Positions 13,580 through 26,361 of a DNA stretch of 64,000 bases are shown here, in pieces (position 1 is the stretch's first letter; each line of letters begins with the position of its first letter). Source of the stretch: Eledone cirrhosa (lineage: Eukaryota). The DNA lies in contig OZ024741.1 in the NCBI GenBank assembly GCA_964016885.1, positions 334,800,001 to 334,864,000 on the forward strand, written 5' to 3'. The notes beneath the pieces are model-generated. The model was not told where the DNA came from. It saw only the letters and a list, made by a program, of their open reading frames with translations, and did not search any database. Position numbers and translations under genes: made by a program.

Positions 13580-14689
13580 AATATGGTTTTATAAATATAG
13601 TTTCCATTTGTTTAATATCGTATATCTACTCCAAAACTTGTCGAGTGCTTTATATCAGTTATAAAATATTTACTTGTTGTAACCCAACAATTTTAAATAA
13701 AACTTTTGCATATATATATATATATATATATATATGCATATATATATATGTGTCTGATGGTAGCTAAGATGCTTCCACAGGTAGTATGCCAGTTGAACAC
13801 TCTATGCTCTTACAGAGCAGAGTATGATAGAATAGAAAACAAAAAATCAGTGATGCATCTGAACTCAATTAATTGTGTGTTACAAATGTTTCCCCGGCAG
13901 ACAGCTCAAGGCGCGATCATTGTGTAGATCTGTCTGATTCTGGACCTGCAGGTTCGACGGACACGTCTAATGATTTCGGAGCATATTCTCTCACTGGGGT
14001 ATCTGACCCTCTAGGCCAGTACCGTCAAAAACTTCATCCTCTTTGCGTGTCCTGTGATATATTCATATATATATATGCATACATAGATACACATGCATAT
14101 ATACACAAGAAGCTACTGCAGTTTCCATCTACCAAATTCCACTCACAAGGCATTGGTGAACCAGAGGCTGTAGTACAAGACACTTGCCCAATGTACCACA
14201 CAACAGGAGTGAACCCAAAACCCTATGTTCGTCAAACACCTTAACCAAAGAGCCATGCCCCGTCTTCTACCCCTCCTCCTATTCTCCTACAAAACTGATC
14301 TTGATTAATTTTGCTCGATGTTGCTATAATATATGACGATCTTCATGTGAAATTCAGAAGTTTGTGAATTTCAAAAATTAGATTTTAGAAAATTAAAACA
14401 AAATTTTAAATACATTATTATTGCTTTTTTTTTTTTTTTTTTTTTTTTGTTATATATATATATTTGTGTCATTTTCAAATTTTTTCCGAATTTAAGTTTA
14501 AATTTAAAAAAATTTTTTTTGTTTAAGTTTTTATTTAGTAAAGCCTCGATAAATTACATTTGAAAAGTTTAATCTCAATTTTTATAAATGGGCAATTTTT
14601 GAAGAGAGATATGACAGGCAACTGAAGTGAAGTTCTAATTGATCATTAATGAAAATATGGAGTAATTAAGGTGATCAGAACGTGTACAT

Positions 14690-15734
14690 AATTATATGTT
14701 TGTGTGTGGAGTGGGGGTGTATGTATGGGAGGATGTGTATGTGTAAGTGTATGTGTTGTGTGGAGCGAAGTGTATAAATGTGTGGGTGGATGTGTGGGTG
14801 TAGGTATCTGTGTGTGTATGTAGTTTTGATTGTGTGTTTGTATTTATCTGCATATGTGTGTTTGTGTGCAAATGGTTGTATATGTGTGAATACATGTGTG
14901 TCTGTCTGTCAGTATGTGTGTGTGTGTATTTCTGGTTGTGTGTTTGTATTTATCTGTGTATGTGTTTGTGTACACATGGTGGTGTACACATGGTTGTATA
15001 TGTATATGTGTAGATAAGTCTGTCTGTCTGTCGGTGTGTGTGTTTATCTGTGTATGTGTATGTGTGTGTGTGTGTGTATTTCTGGTTGTGTGTTTGTGTT
15101 TATCTGTGTATGTGTGTATTTCTGGTTGTGTGTGTGTGTGTTTATCTGTGTATGTGTGTGTGTGTGTGTATTTATGGTTGTGTGTGTGTGTGTTTATCTG
15201 TGTATGTGTGTGTGTATTTCTGGTTGTGTGTGTATTTATCTGTGTATGTGTGTGTGTGCACATGGTTGCATATATGTGGATACGCATGTGTTTGTGTGTG
15301 TGTGTGAAATTGTATTTTTGTTTGTGTGTCTCTGTGTTTGTGTGTGTATGTGCATGGTTGTATGGGTATGTGTGTTTGAGCATAGATATTTCTATGGCTA
15401 TGTTTATGTGTGCGTGAATAGATTTAAGAGTATGTGTGTGAGTGTATGTGTGCTCATTCATGTGTGTGTTTCTGTGGAGCATTTATGTGTATCCATCTGT
15501 ATTTGTATCTATTTGTGTGTGTTTGTTTGTGTGTGTGAATGTATGTATGTTTGTTTGTGTGTGTGAATGTGTGTGTGTTTGTGTGTGTGTGTGGGTGTCT
15601 GTGAATGTATGTATGTTTGTTTGTTTGTGTGTGTGTGAATGTGTGTGTGTGTGAATGTATGTGTTTGTGTGTGTGTGTGTGTGTGTGAACGTGTGTGTTA
15701 ATGTATGTGTGTTTGTTTGTTTGTGTCTGTGTGA

Positions 15735-15769
<35 letters not shown>

Positions 15770-16962
15770 TATGTGTGTTTGTGTGTGTGTGTGCATGTGA
15801 ATGTATGTGTTTGTGTGTGTGTGTGAATGTATGTGTGTTTGTGTGTGTGTGTGAATGTATGTGTGTTTGTGCGTATGTGTGAATGTGTGTGTGTGTGAAT
15901 GTATGTGTGTTTGTGTGTGTGTGAATGTGTGTGTGTGAATGTATGTGTGTTTGTTTGTGTGTGTGTGTGAATGTGTGTGTGTGTGTGTGAATGTGTATGT
16001 GTGTTTGTTTGTTTGCATGTGTGTGTGTGAATGTGTGTGTGTGTGTGAATGTGTATGTGTGTTTGTGTGTGTGTGAATGTGTGTGCATGTGTATGTTTCA
16101 ATATTTCTATTTAATCAGTGAGGTTTCTAGAGATACAGGTGTATATGTGTTTGTGTATACACCTGAGAACATATGTGGGTTGTACTTGTACTTTTATTGT
16201 GTGTGTGTGTGTTTGTTACGCATGTCTCTAATTTGATTGTGTGTATGATGTGTGTGTATATCTATAATTTGATTGTGTGTATGTGAGTATATCTGTAATT
16301 TGATTGTGTGTATGATGTGTGTGTATATCTATAATTTGATTGCGTGTATGATGTGTGTGTATATCTATAATTTGATTGTGTGTTTTTGTGTATGTCTGTA
16401 TCTGTAATTATATTGTGTGTATGTGTGTGTGTGTATGTGTGTGTGTGTATGTAATTTTATTGTGTGTATGCATGTGTGTATGTGTATATCTATTTTGATT
16501 GTGTATGTATATGTAATTATATTGTATGCATAAATGTATCTGTAATTTTATTGTGTGAATGCATGTGTGTGTGTGTATATGTGTGAATCAGTAATGTTAT
16601 AGTGTGTATGTATGTATGTGTATGTATCAGTAATGTTATAGTGTATATGTATGTATGTGTATGTATGTGTATCAGTAATGTTATAGTGTGTATGTATGTA
16701 TGAGTTTGTATGTGTATGTGTATGTGTGTGTATGTATGTGTTTGTATGTGTATGTGTATGTGTGTGTATATATGTGTTTGTATGTGTATGTGTATGTATG
16801 TATGTGTTTGTATGTGTATGTGTATGTATGTGTATGTATGTGTATGTATATGTATCAGTAATGTTATAGTGTATATGTATGTATGTGTATGTATGTGTAT
16901 CAGTAATGTTATAGTGTGTATGTATGTATGAGTTTGTATGTGTATGTGTGTGTATGTATGTG
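14690..16962. repeat. compound (TG)n / (TATG)n microsatellite field
   Basis: Direct reading of the sequence. Confidence 0.95.
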
Positions 16963-17109
16963 TAAGGTATCAAACCAGCAGAGTTGATAAACTTCAGATA
17001 GAATTCTCTGCAGCATTTATTCCAGTTCTATGTTCTAGAGTTCAAACTCTACTGAGGTCTATAAATACCAGTGCTGTACTGAGGTTGATTCTTCTTTTAT
17101 CTCTCTCTC

Positions 17110-17700
17110 CCTCATCCCCCACTGCCTCATCTCCCCCCCCCCCCCACCATGCCGCCTCTTTCCCCCACTCTCCCAACTCTGCCTCCCACACACACTCTGC
17201 CTCATCTTCCCCCATACTCTGCCTCATCTTCCCCCACTCTGCCTCATCTCTCCCAACTCTGCCTCATCTCCCCCCATTCTACCTCATCTCCCCCCACTCT
17301 GCCTCATCTTCCTCCACTCTGCCTCATCTCCCCCCCCACTCTGCCTCATCTCCTCCCACTCTGCTTCATCTTCCCCCACACTGCCTCATCTCCCCCCACT
17401 CTGCCTCATCTCTCCCCAGTCTGCCTCATCTTCCTCCACTCTGCCTCATCTCCCCCCATTCTGCCTCATCTTCCCCTCCTCTGCCTCATCTCCCCCCACT
17501 CTGCCTCATCTCCCTCATCTCCCCCCACTCTGCCTCATCTCCCCCTCCTCTGCCTCAACTCCCCCCACTCTGCCTCATCTCCCCTCATTCTGCCTCATCT
17601 TCCTCACTCTGCCTCAACTTCCCCCACTCTGCCTCATCTCTCCCCACTCTGTCTCATCTTCCCCCACTCTGCCTCATCTCTCCTCACTCTCCCGCCTCTC
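17110..17700. repeat. ~20 bp pyrimidine-rich minisatellite
   Basis: CCCCACTCTGCCTCATCTC units. Confidence 0.9.
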
Positions 17701-17727
17701 CCCTTGCTCTCCTGCTTATATATATAT

Positions 17728-18346
17728 AAAAGACTAGAGGTGTGACACACGAGTTGTGATATATTAGTAAAAGGAAAAGAAAATGCTGACAAATTTTTCC
17801 CAGTGAAAAATAGTTAAATTAGGAATAAGTATAAATTAGTAATAAGTATTGGTTAGTATTAAGTATTGGTTAGTAATAAGTATTGGTTAGTATTCAGTTT
17901 TAGTTTTAAGTTTTTACCGGTTGCACATTTCTAATGATTTTCAAAAATAATTTTGAGATAGAGTGCTCGTGATGTTTGCTCTAATTTGATCAGTTTTGGA
18001 AATTCTTCCTGTTTTATGTTAAAAAAGTGGCTCCAGAGGTATTAAGATTTGGTTGGTTGTTGAATGTCACGTGAATGAGTACTATAAATTTCGCACCAAT
18101 TCGTGTTGCAGAAATACTTGTAGTCAAAACAATTTTGATTGGTCGGTAGAGGTTACGTGAATGTATGTTTGTCAAAGAGTGTCATTTTTCGCCTGATTGA
18201 GAAGTCACTGAAAAATAAGTCTTTTAAGACAAATATGTGTATGTGTGTAGTAAAGAGGTTCATTGTTGTGATAATGGTCAGTAGGGATGTATGTGTGAAT
18301 TGCAGGCATGTTGAAAGGTCAACAGTTCAGGTGTCTATTAAGACAA

Positions 18347-18400
<54 letters not shown>

Positions 18401-19584
18401 CAGAGTGGTTCGTGGTCGAGGGAATAAATTTGGTCAGTAGGAATGTGTGTGTACGTGTGTGGGGGATATTTTAACATGTTGAAAGATATTTTTCAGCTCT
18501 TGTCTTATACGGAGAAGTATGTGTGTGTGTGTGTGTATGTCTGTTTGTATGTTAGTGTACGCATGTGTATGTGTGTGTGTATGTGTGTATGTATGTGTGT
18601 GTGTGTGGATGGACCAGTATTTTTGTGATACTGGTAAAAATGATGTACATTATTCGATATTTTCAGTAATTTGCAAAAAACGATTCTCTCAAAAGAACAT
18701 CAAAAATATTAATAATAAAAGGGGTGAAATGATGTATAGAATTGTCATAACACCAAGATATGTGTGAGTGTCCAGATTGTACGTACTGCAAGGGGAATCC
18801 ATTAGGCCCTGCCGTATGGGAATACTTGTGTACAAATATGTATGTGCCCATCAGTGTGCAATGCATGTGTGCATATATGTATGTGTGTGTGTCGGCACGT
18901 TTATATCTATAAACATCAAAAGGTATGCAAATTTGTGTATATTTGTGTTGCACCATAGAACATGTGTGTTTACGTATGTCATTATGTTTATATGTAGATA
19001 GGAATGTATGTAGGACGTATGCTGATGTAGGTATGTATGTTGACGCGTGTATGTGGTGGGTTCGTCTTAGGGAGAAGTGTTTAGACGGGGTCCGTATTTG
19101 TTAATAAAGTGAGATTCCTTGCTGATGCGCTGGGTGTGGGTGGCATTATCTTTAAATATGTAGAGGGGAAAGATTCTAAAGTTGGCATGATTTGGGGCAG
19201 CACAGGTATCAATGTGTTCACTCAGTGGTATTTTTCTGTATTCCCGTATTTTAATTTGGGATCTATGGACAACACGAATTGGCGCAAAATTTATAGTACT
19301 CATTCACGTGATATTCAACAACCAACCACATCTTAATACCTCTGGAGCCACTTTTTTCACATAAAACAGGAAGAATTTCCAAAACTGATCAGATTAGAGC
19401 AAACATCACGGGCGCTCTATCTCAAAATTATTTTTGAAAAGCATTAGAAATGCGCAACCGGTAAAAACTTATAACTAAAACTGAATACTAACCAATACTT
19501 ATTACTAATTTATACTTATTCCTAATTAAACTATTTTTCACTGGGAAAAATTTGTCAGCATTTTCTTTTCCTTTTACTAATATA
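17728..19584 (-). mobile_element. 5'-truncated PLE with an inverted subterminal repeat
   Basis: Minus-strand 19270-19067 encodes a GIY-YIG C-terminal half (VHRSQIK..EYRKIPLSEHIDTC..FRIFPLY..R..KESHFINKYGPRLN). Inverted arms at 17761-18108 and 19270-19583. TA repeats on both sides. Confidence 0.8.
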
Positions 19585-19587
19585 TAT

Positions 19588-20877
19588 AAGAAATTCCAAA
19601 CATGGAAGCACGGCCTAGAATCAAAAGGCCTTAAAATTAACCTGGCTAAGACTAAAGTTCTAGTTTGTAAGAAAGAAAATAAGGCGGCGGTCCCTTCCGG
19701 GAAGTGACCATGCACAGTGTATAGGAAAGGCGTAGGTATAAACTCCATTTTATGTCCCAAATGCAAAGTATGGGTGCATAAAAGATGTAGTGGGATCACA
19801 GGTAAGCTAACTAAGAAGATAGATTTTATATGTGGCCGGTGCTCTGGTGCAATAAGTATCAGCAAGTGCCCACAAAATACTAGCTCTTTCAATTGCGCAG
19901 AGGGTTCTATAGAAATAGTGGACAGCTTCCGTTACCTGGGTGACAAAATTAGCAGTGGGGGAGGGTGCTCTGAAAGTACAGTAGCTAGAGTCAGAACTGG
20001 ATGGAAAAAGTTCAGAGAGCTTTTCCCCTATTAGCCGCTAAAGGGTTCTCCCTAAAAATGAAAGGCAGGTTGTATGATGCCTGCATACGAACAGCAATGT
20101 TGCATGGCAGTGAGACCTGGGCATTGTGTGCAGAGGATATACGCAGACTAGAGAGGAACGAAGCTTGCATGCTCCGCTGGATGTGTAATAGTAATATACG
20201 TGAACGGCAAAGCATAAACGAACTAAGGAAAAAATTAGAAATAAGAGGGATCAGATGTTGTTTACTCGAGAGAAGGCTACGTTGGTATTATCACGTGATG
20301 CGCATGAAAGACGACAGCTGTATAACAAAGTGCAGGGCAATAAAGATAGACGGTAGCCACGGTGTAGGCAGACCCAGAAAAACCTGGGACGAGCTGATAA
20401 ATTCCGACCTCACACACTTACACCTCTCCAAGACAATGTCACTGGACCGAGACCTTTGGCGGTACTCAGTAATAGAGAAGACCCGCCTTACCTAAATACA
20501 AAGTAAAACCTACTACAGTCAGTAGGCATCTCTAACAAAATACACCCCGTCCCACCCCATCCACACCGCCCCTTTCAATGTAAAGTTATGTTGGTGCCAC
20601 AACATCCAGACCGAAACAAATGAGATCGTGTAGGTGTCACGACAAAAAAACACACAGTCCACGCTGTAATGTGGCCGTGTAGGCAACACGGTAAAAACCT
20701 CCCAGCCCCACACTGTAAATGTGGTTGGTGTTAGGAAGGGCATCCAGCTGTAGAAAACCCGCCAGACAGTCCTATGCGAGCAATGACAACCACTCTTGCC
20801 TCAAGTGGGAAAACTCCCGTCCAAACCCATGCAAGCGTGGAACATGGACGTTAAACGATGATGATGATGATGATGAT
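19588..20877 (+). mobile_element. RTE-clade LINE 3' fragment, same family as 31030-33780
   Basis: High identity to 32457-33780, (GAT)n tail. Confidence 0.92.
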
Positions 20878-21118
20878 ATATACACACGGAGACAACAACA
20901 CACATCAACAACAACAACACATACACATTCAATGCCTCTCACCACCACCACAATCTTAACAAACACACAGACACAGAAAACAAGTAATGACAGTAGCACA
21001 GAAATCACAGAAATAAGGGAAAGTAATAGCATTAAAAGGAGAAGGGAGACTATGGACAAAGAAAATAACCAAGACGAAGACACAGACACAAAATAGAGTA
21101 GATAATAACAATGAGCCA

Positions 21119-23626
21119 GTGGAAAGAGACAGGAGTAATAATGAGAGACATAGAAACAACCATGGGGCTGTTGGTGGAAATAGAAATAGAAACAACACAA
21201 CTAACAATAACAATAGCACTAGTACACATAAAGCAGCAGCCTGGAACTCTACTTTTTATAATCCCTCCGATAAGTCGTTCGACCTGCGACGAGTCCACGC
21301 CACGACTTTACCATTTAACAAACGCACGCAATTGCCATCGCAGGTCGATGAACAAACAGAAGCACAATTTAGTATAGCTAGATCCGAACTTAGAAATATT
21401 ATAGAACAGTATAGCAAGAAGCATAATAGAATGGAGGCCCAGCAACTGGGAGAAAAATCTGCAAATGGCTTGCGTAAGCTCATGCAGCGCTCGCGTAATG
21501 GAGAGATAGCATGCTTTCCAACAGACAAGTCTGACAGAATGTCGGTTGACAGCCTGCCAAACTAGATCCAGGCAATGCAACCCCACATCACTAACACAAG
21601 AGAGGTAACACCACAGGAGCATGAGGATAGAGAAAAAGCCTTCAATGCCCATATGGTGATGTGGACGAATATAATGCAGCCCAACAAAAGGACTTCCAAC
21701 AACTTCCAGGCCTGGAACAATAACGTGCCGGCGTTGTATGGGCTTCGAAAAGACCATAAAATGGGCAGTGACCCTGTCACGGGACCACCAACACGGCCAG
21801 TCTGTGGAGCTAACATTGCTAGTAACTACAGACTGTCCTACTTCCTCTCCCTGATCATACGCCCCATCATTGAAATGTCCCCAGATGTATGTGACAGCAT
21901 GGAGGACCTCCTCAGCAGAATCGGCGGGGGTAACTGATCTAGGGACCTAACAAACTGCATAATAGGTAGTATGGATGTTGTGTCCCTGTATCCATCTATT
22001 GACGTGGATTTTGCTGTGGAGAAATGCGTAGAAATGATCAGTGAGAGCAATGTTGAGTTCCGTGGGATTGATACCAATGAGCTGGGACTCCTACTTAAAC
22101 TTACCTATAGTAATAATTACCTAGACACATATGACCTTAGCAACCTGTGCCCTACAAGACCAGCAAGAGGCAGACCACCTACCATTACCTCAATGGCCAA
22201 GAAAACCCACACAGATAGATGGAGCGGGTGGACCAGAGCCATACAGACACCCAAAAACCACGATGAACTGAAGAAAATGATTGCACATGTGGTAGGGGCC
22301 AGCATAAAACTAACTCTTAAGGAACATATGTTCAAATTTAATGGAAAAACATATGCCCAAGAGATAGGAGCAGCCATTGGTGTTAGCATTGCAGGCGACA
22401 TAGCTAACTTATTCATGGCATGGTGGGACAGTAGACTTAAACTTAAACTTAAAGAACAATTAGAAGACCCCTTAACCTTGATAATGTACTCCCGCTACGT
22501 TGATGATATAAACATCGTAGTTAAGACACCCCCACTAGAGAACAGTCAGGAACTAAAGAAAAACACAATGGAAAGCATCCAGCAAATAGCTAACTCCATC
22601 CACCAGAGTATTAGAGTTACTATAGACTACCCAAGCAAACACCTCAACCATCGATTACCTGTACTAGACATAGAGCTCTGGTTAGATACCATTAATAACA
22701 AAAAACAAATCCTCCATTCCCATTATGCCAAACCCATGACTTCCAAACATCTGATCCACCGAAACTCAGCTGTTTCGGACCATACCAAAATCAACATACT
22801 GATTGCGGATTTGGTACGGGTGATGAGAAACGTGTCCCGCATGTGCAACCCCGAAGAACTAGAGAGACACATACAACACTTCATCCACCGTATGCAGTTC
22901 TCTGGTTACAATCAGAGAGATAAAATCAGAGTATATAGAGGAGCCAGAACCAAATGGGAAAAAATGGTAAATAATGACACAAATGGGACCTGCCCCTTGT
23001 ATAGGAGCAATTTTTGGAATAGAATAGAAAGAACTAGGAATAAGGCTAATAGAATAAACTCATGGTATGATAGCAATAAATACCAGAGTGTAATGTTCAT
23101 TGATACAACCCCTAGAGGTGAATTAGCTTACAAATTTAGAAGGGCCCTAGATAAACATAAACTCAATATTAAGATAGTAGAAAGACCAGGTACCTCCGTA
23201 AAAACACTTATTAGCAAGACATACCCTTTTCAAAGACCCCCCTGTATAGATAAGAAATGTATAACCTGTAAAATAAGCCCCCATATTAACTGTAAAACTA
23301 GAAATGTAGTGTATAGCATAAGATGTACTGAAGGACAATGTAGAGACAAAAATATAGTGTACATAGGTGAGACAGCTCGTAGTGTAGGGGAACGGATAAA
23401 TGAACACTGGCGAGACCTTCAAGATAGTAAAGAATCATCTGTACTCTACCAACATGCTAAAATAGAACATAAGGGTAAATTAGAGAACATAGAAATAAAA
23501 ATAGAATCTACACACAGAAAAGACGCAATGTTTAGACAAATTACAGAGGCAATAAACATAAAAGAATTACAACCAAAATTAAATAGAAAATATGAGTGGA
23601 ACAGCAACATCACAACTTACAATTAA
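21119..23626 (+). pseudogene. PLE reverse transcriptase / GIY-YIG endonuclease ORF with two in-frame stops (TAG 21563-21565, TGA 21935-21937)
   Basis: RT motifs MDVVSLYPS, YAQEIGAAIG, YSRYVDD and LPVLD. Cys linker CIDKKCITC. GIY-YIG motifs VVYSIRC...VYIGETAR...ERINEH...EAINIKELQPKLN. The segment 21971-23626 (551 aa) is open. Confidence 0.92.
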
Positions 23627-23827
23627 GGACAAAATGAAAACACACACGCACATATAACAAACAACCAACCGGTAACATGTAAATAAACAAATAAATAAAC
23701 GAATATAAACACACACAGACACCCGGATGTGGCGCATGCGCAGACTGAGCACACGACACACACACAGAAACAAAATGGCGTAGGACAGAACAAAGGAGAG
23801 GCACAAAAACAAAGAAAAGAATCCCCA

Positions 23828-23870
23828 GTCACTGAAGAGGTCACAGAATGTGTGACGAAAGAACTTTGAC
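23828..23870 (+). ncRNA. minimal type I hammerhead ribozyme in the PLE 3' repeat
   Basis: GTCA-CTGAAGA-G-GTCACA gaatg TGTGAC-GAAA-gaac-TT-TGAC: stem I, catalytic core, stem II, GAAA and a very short stem III. Confidence 0.75.
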
Positions 23871-24075
23871 AATATATAAACAACTATCTGGTTGTGGAAC
23901 CAACCAACCAACCAGAAATTTATAAATTCCTAAATTTATAAATTTATAATAAATTGAAGTGAAAGCAACTGGTGCGTGTGTTTCTTATTGGCAACATGAC
24001 CCTCCCAAAGTATAACAATATCGGTTTCAACACACGATTTCAGATAAAGAATCTTGCTAAACAAATTCAGAAACG

Positions 24076-24139
<64 letters not shown>

Positions 24140-24772
24140 GAGTGTATTTATATCTATGGATGTTTGTATGTCTGTGCATTTGTTTATGCTTGTGTGTGTG
24201 TATCTATCTCCTCTGTGTGTGTAGCTATGTTCTGTGTGTATATCTATGTCCTGTGTGTGTCTATGTCCTGTGTGTGTGGGGGGGAGGGGGGGTATGTATG
24301 TGTGTCCTGTGTGTGTATGTGTCTATGTCCTGTGAGTCTGTGTGTGTATCTATGTCCTGTGTATGTGTGTATGTATCTATGACCTGTGTATGTGTGTATG
24401 TATCTATGATCTGTGTATGTGTGTGTATGTGTATGTCCTGTGTCCCCTGCTTCCTGTATGTGTTCATGTCTGTAAGTCCTACACTCAGTAATGAAATCTC
24501 TCATCTACAGTTGGCACACTTTCCTTTATTTTCTTCCTCTTCTTTTCTCTCTCTTCAATTCTTTCTGAAGAGAGAGAGAGGGGGAAATAAAGAGAGAAGG
24601 AAAGAGGAAAAGAAAGGAAGATTGAAAGAAGGAAAAAAAGCAAGAGAGTAATGGAAGATTGAAAGAAAGAAAGAGGGGGGGGGGGGCAAGAAAGAAAGAA
24701 ATGGAAGATTGAAAGAAGGAAAGAAAGAAAGAGAGAGAGAAAGAGAGAGACAGAAATGGAAGATTGAAAGAA

Positions 24773-24839
<67 letters not shown>

Positions 24840-25619
24840 GAGAGAAAGAGAAAGAAAAATTAAAATAAAGAAAGAAAGCAATCTTTCCTAGAATTACTGT
24901 ATTTGACTCAGTGTAGCATGAAGATAGATATTAGTTTGAATTTCTCTTTGATGAAGGTAAGACTATTGTGAAGAATGCCCAATATGCTTCACAAAAAAGA
25001 CGACAACTAAAGTCGACAACACGCCTAATTAAGCCCAAGAAAACATTTCTTTTTATAAGAAGTATTGCCAATGTCTAAATTCTCTAAAACAATGTTACTG
25101 TCACTGCTTGGAAAACTGGTTATAAAATAATGGTAGGAAAAATATTTGAGAAATTTATTGTAATATAAAAAAAATCTGTTATAGTTAATATTTCTGTTAT
25201 TTTTTGTTAATTTTATAAAAAAAATGTTTTGAGCAATCTTTTTTTTACTCAAGTCAGTAAGCTTACTTGAAAATAATATCCCAAGTGATAGCCAAAATAA
25301 GCTTGTGCTTTCAAAAACATTAAAAATAATAGTTTCTTATATAGGCACAAGGCCAGCAATTTTGGGGAGGGGAAAGTAGATTAAATCGACCCCAGTGTGT
25401 TACTGGTACTTTACTTTATCGACCTCGTAGGGATAAAAGGCAAAGTTAACCTTGGCAGGATTTGAACTCAGATTATACAGGGCCATAACTCTATGTTGCA
25501 AAGTATGGCGTCCAACTCTCTACTGATACTGCCAATCCACCACCCATGAAAAAACATTAAAAATAATAAAGGTAAGGAATAAAATAATGGTATGAAGGAG
25601 AGAGTGATAGATTTAAAAT

Positions 25620-26070
25620 CTGCCTCTTCATTGCTGTAGTGGAGTCTGTGCTGCTGTACGGGTCTAAGACATGGACACTGACCAAGAAACTCACTCAGAT
25701 GGTGGATGGGTGTTACACGAGAATGCTGAGGATGGCTCTGAACATTAATCAGTATACACTGAGGATGAAAAACTCAGAGCTGTATCGGAGCCTCCCAAAA
25801 GTCAGCTCAAAAGTGACACAGAGGAGACTGAGGTTAGCTGGACATGCTCACCGACATCCAGAGTTGACATTGCACTCAGTGCTCTTGTGGGAGCCCCTAC
25901 ATGGACACACTGGAAGAGGAAGACCAAGGTTAACGTATGTTGATGCCCTAAAGACAGACACTGGTCTGTTGGAGACGCAGGACATGGCAGCGATAATGAG
26001 GGACAGAGACCGCTGGAGAGAATTCGTCCATGGATCTCGGGAATTTAACCCACCCTAGATAGATAGATAT
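25620..26070 (+). mobile_element. RTE-like LINE 3' fragment, second family
   Basis: ESVLLYGSKTWTLT, RRLRLAGH and RGRPRLTYVD motifs; (GATA)n tail. Confidence 0.85.
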
Positions 26071-26361
26071 ATATATATTTATATATATACATATATATAT
26101 ATATATATAATATATGTGCAAACATATTTCAATTATTTTGTTTGACCTGTTTGGCTTGCTTCGTCTTTTTGGCTTAGGTGGTTGATGGCTTCTTGACCGC
26201 CATCTCAGTTTGTTTGGCCTTTATAATCTATGTTTATTGCTCTGGTCTTTATTTGTTCCATGGAGCGCTTGCCAGCAGAACTCGGATATTGCGTTTCGCT
26301 TTCTTTTTAACCACAGCCGAAATACGAATCTCGCTGAAATTATATTTGTATATATATATAT

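Larger units (their letters stand above)
12756..13709 (+). mobile_element. large fold-back element with an HHR in each arm
   Basis: Near-perfect ~400 bp inverted arms 12756-13155 / 13223-13622, an ~85 nt tail, and (TA)n flanks. Confidence 0.85.
20880..24078 (+). mobile_element. Penelope-like retroelement (RT + GIY-YIG), probably Naiad-like clade, 5'-truncated, inserted in (TA)n
   Basis: ORFs 21119-21565, 21575-21937 and 21971-23626 share one frame and carry PLE motifs. The 3' region holds an HHR (23828-23870) and a probable ORF-start peptide (23996-24078) that abuts (TA)n. The clade call rests on recalled motifs (ATTLPFNKRTQLP, TDKS, LYGLRKDHK, GPPTRPVC, GRPPTIT), not on a phylogeny. Confidence 0.92.

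Noticed and set aside
13873-14244. 123 aa ORF as a host exon
   Set aside because: No recognisable domain, and it runs through a TA repeat and a SINE-like segment.
14692-17745. Many overlapping ORFs rich in CV, HT, YI or SP
   Set aside because: These are translations of microsatellites and minisatellites. The same applies near 5100-6350, 10500-11150, 44030-44670 and 50900-51950.
23971-23978. Splice-donor-like GTGCGT (and GTGAGT near 5019) upstream of the PLE-start ATG
   Set aside because: PLEs can retain introns, but no acceptor is visible and the codon conservation just downstream argues against intronic sequence.
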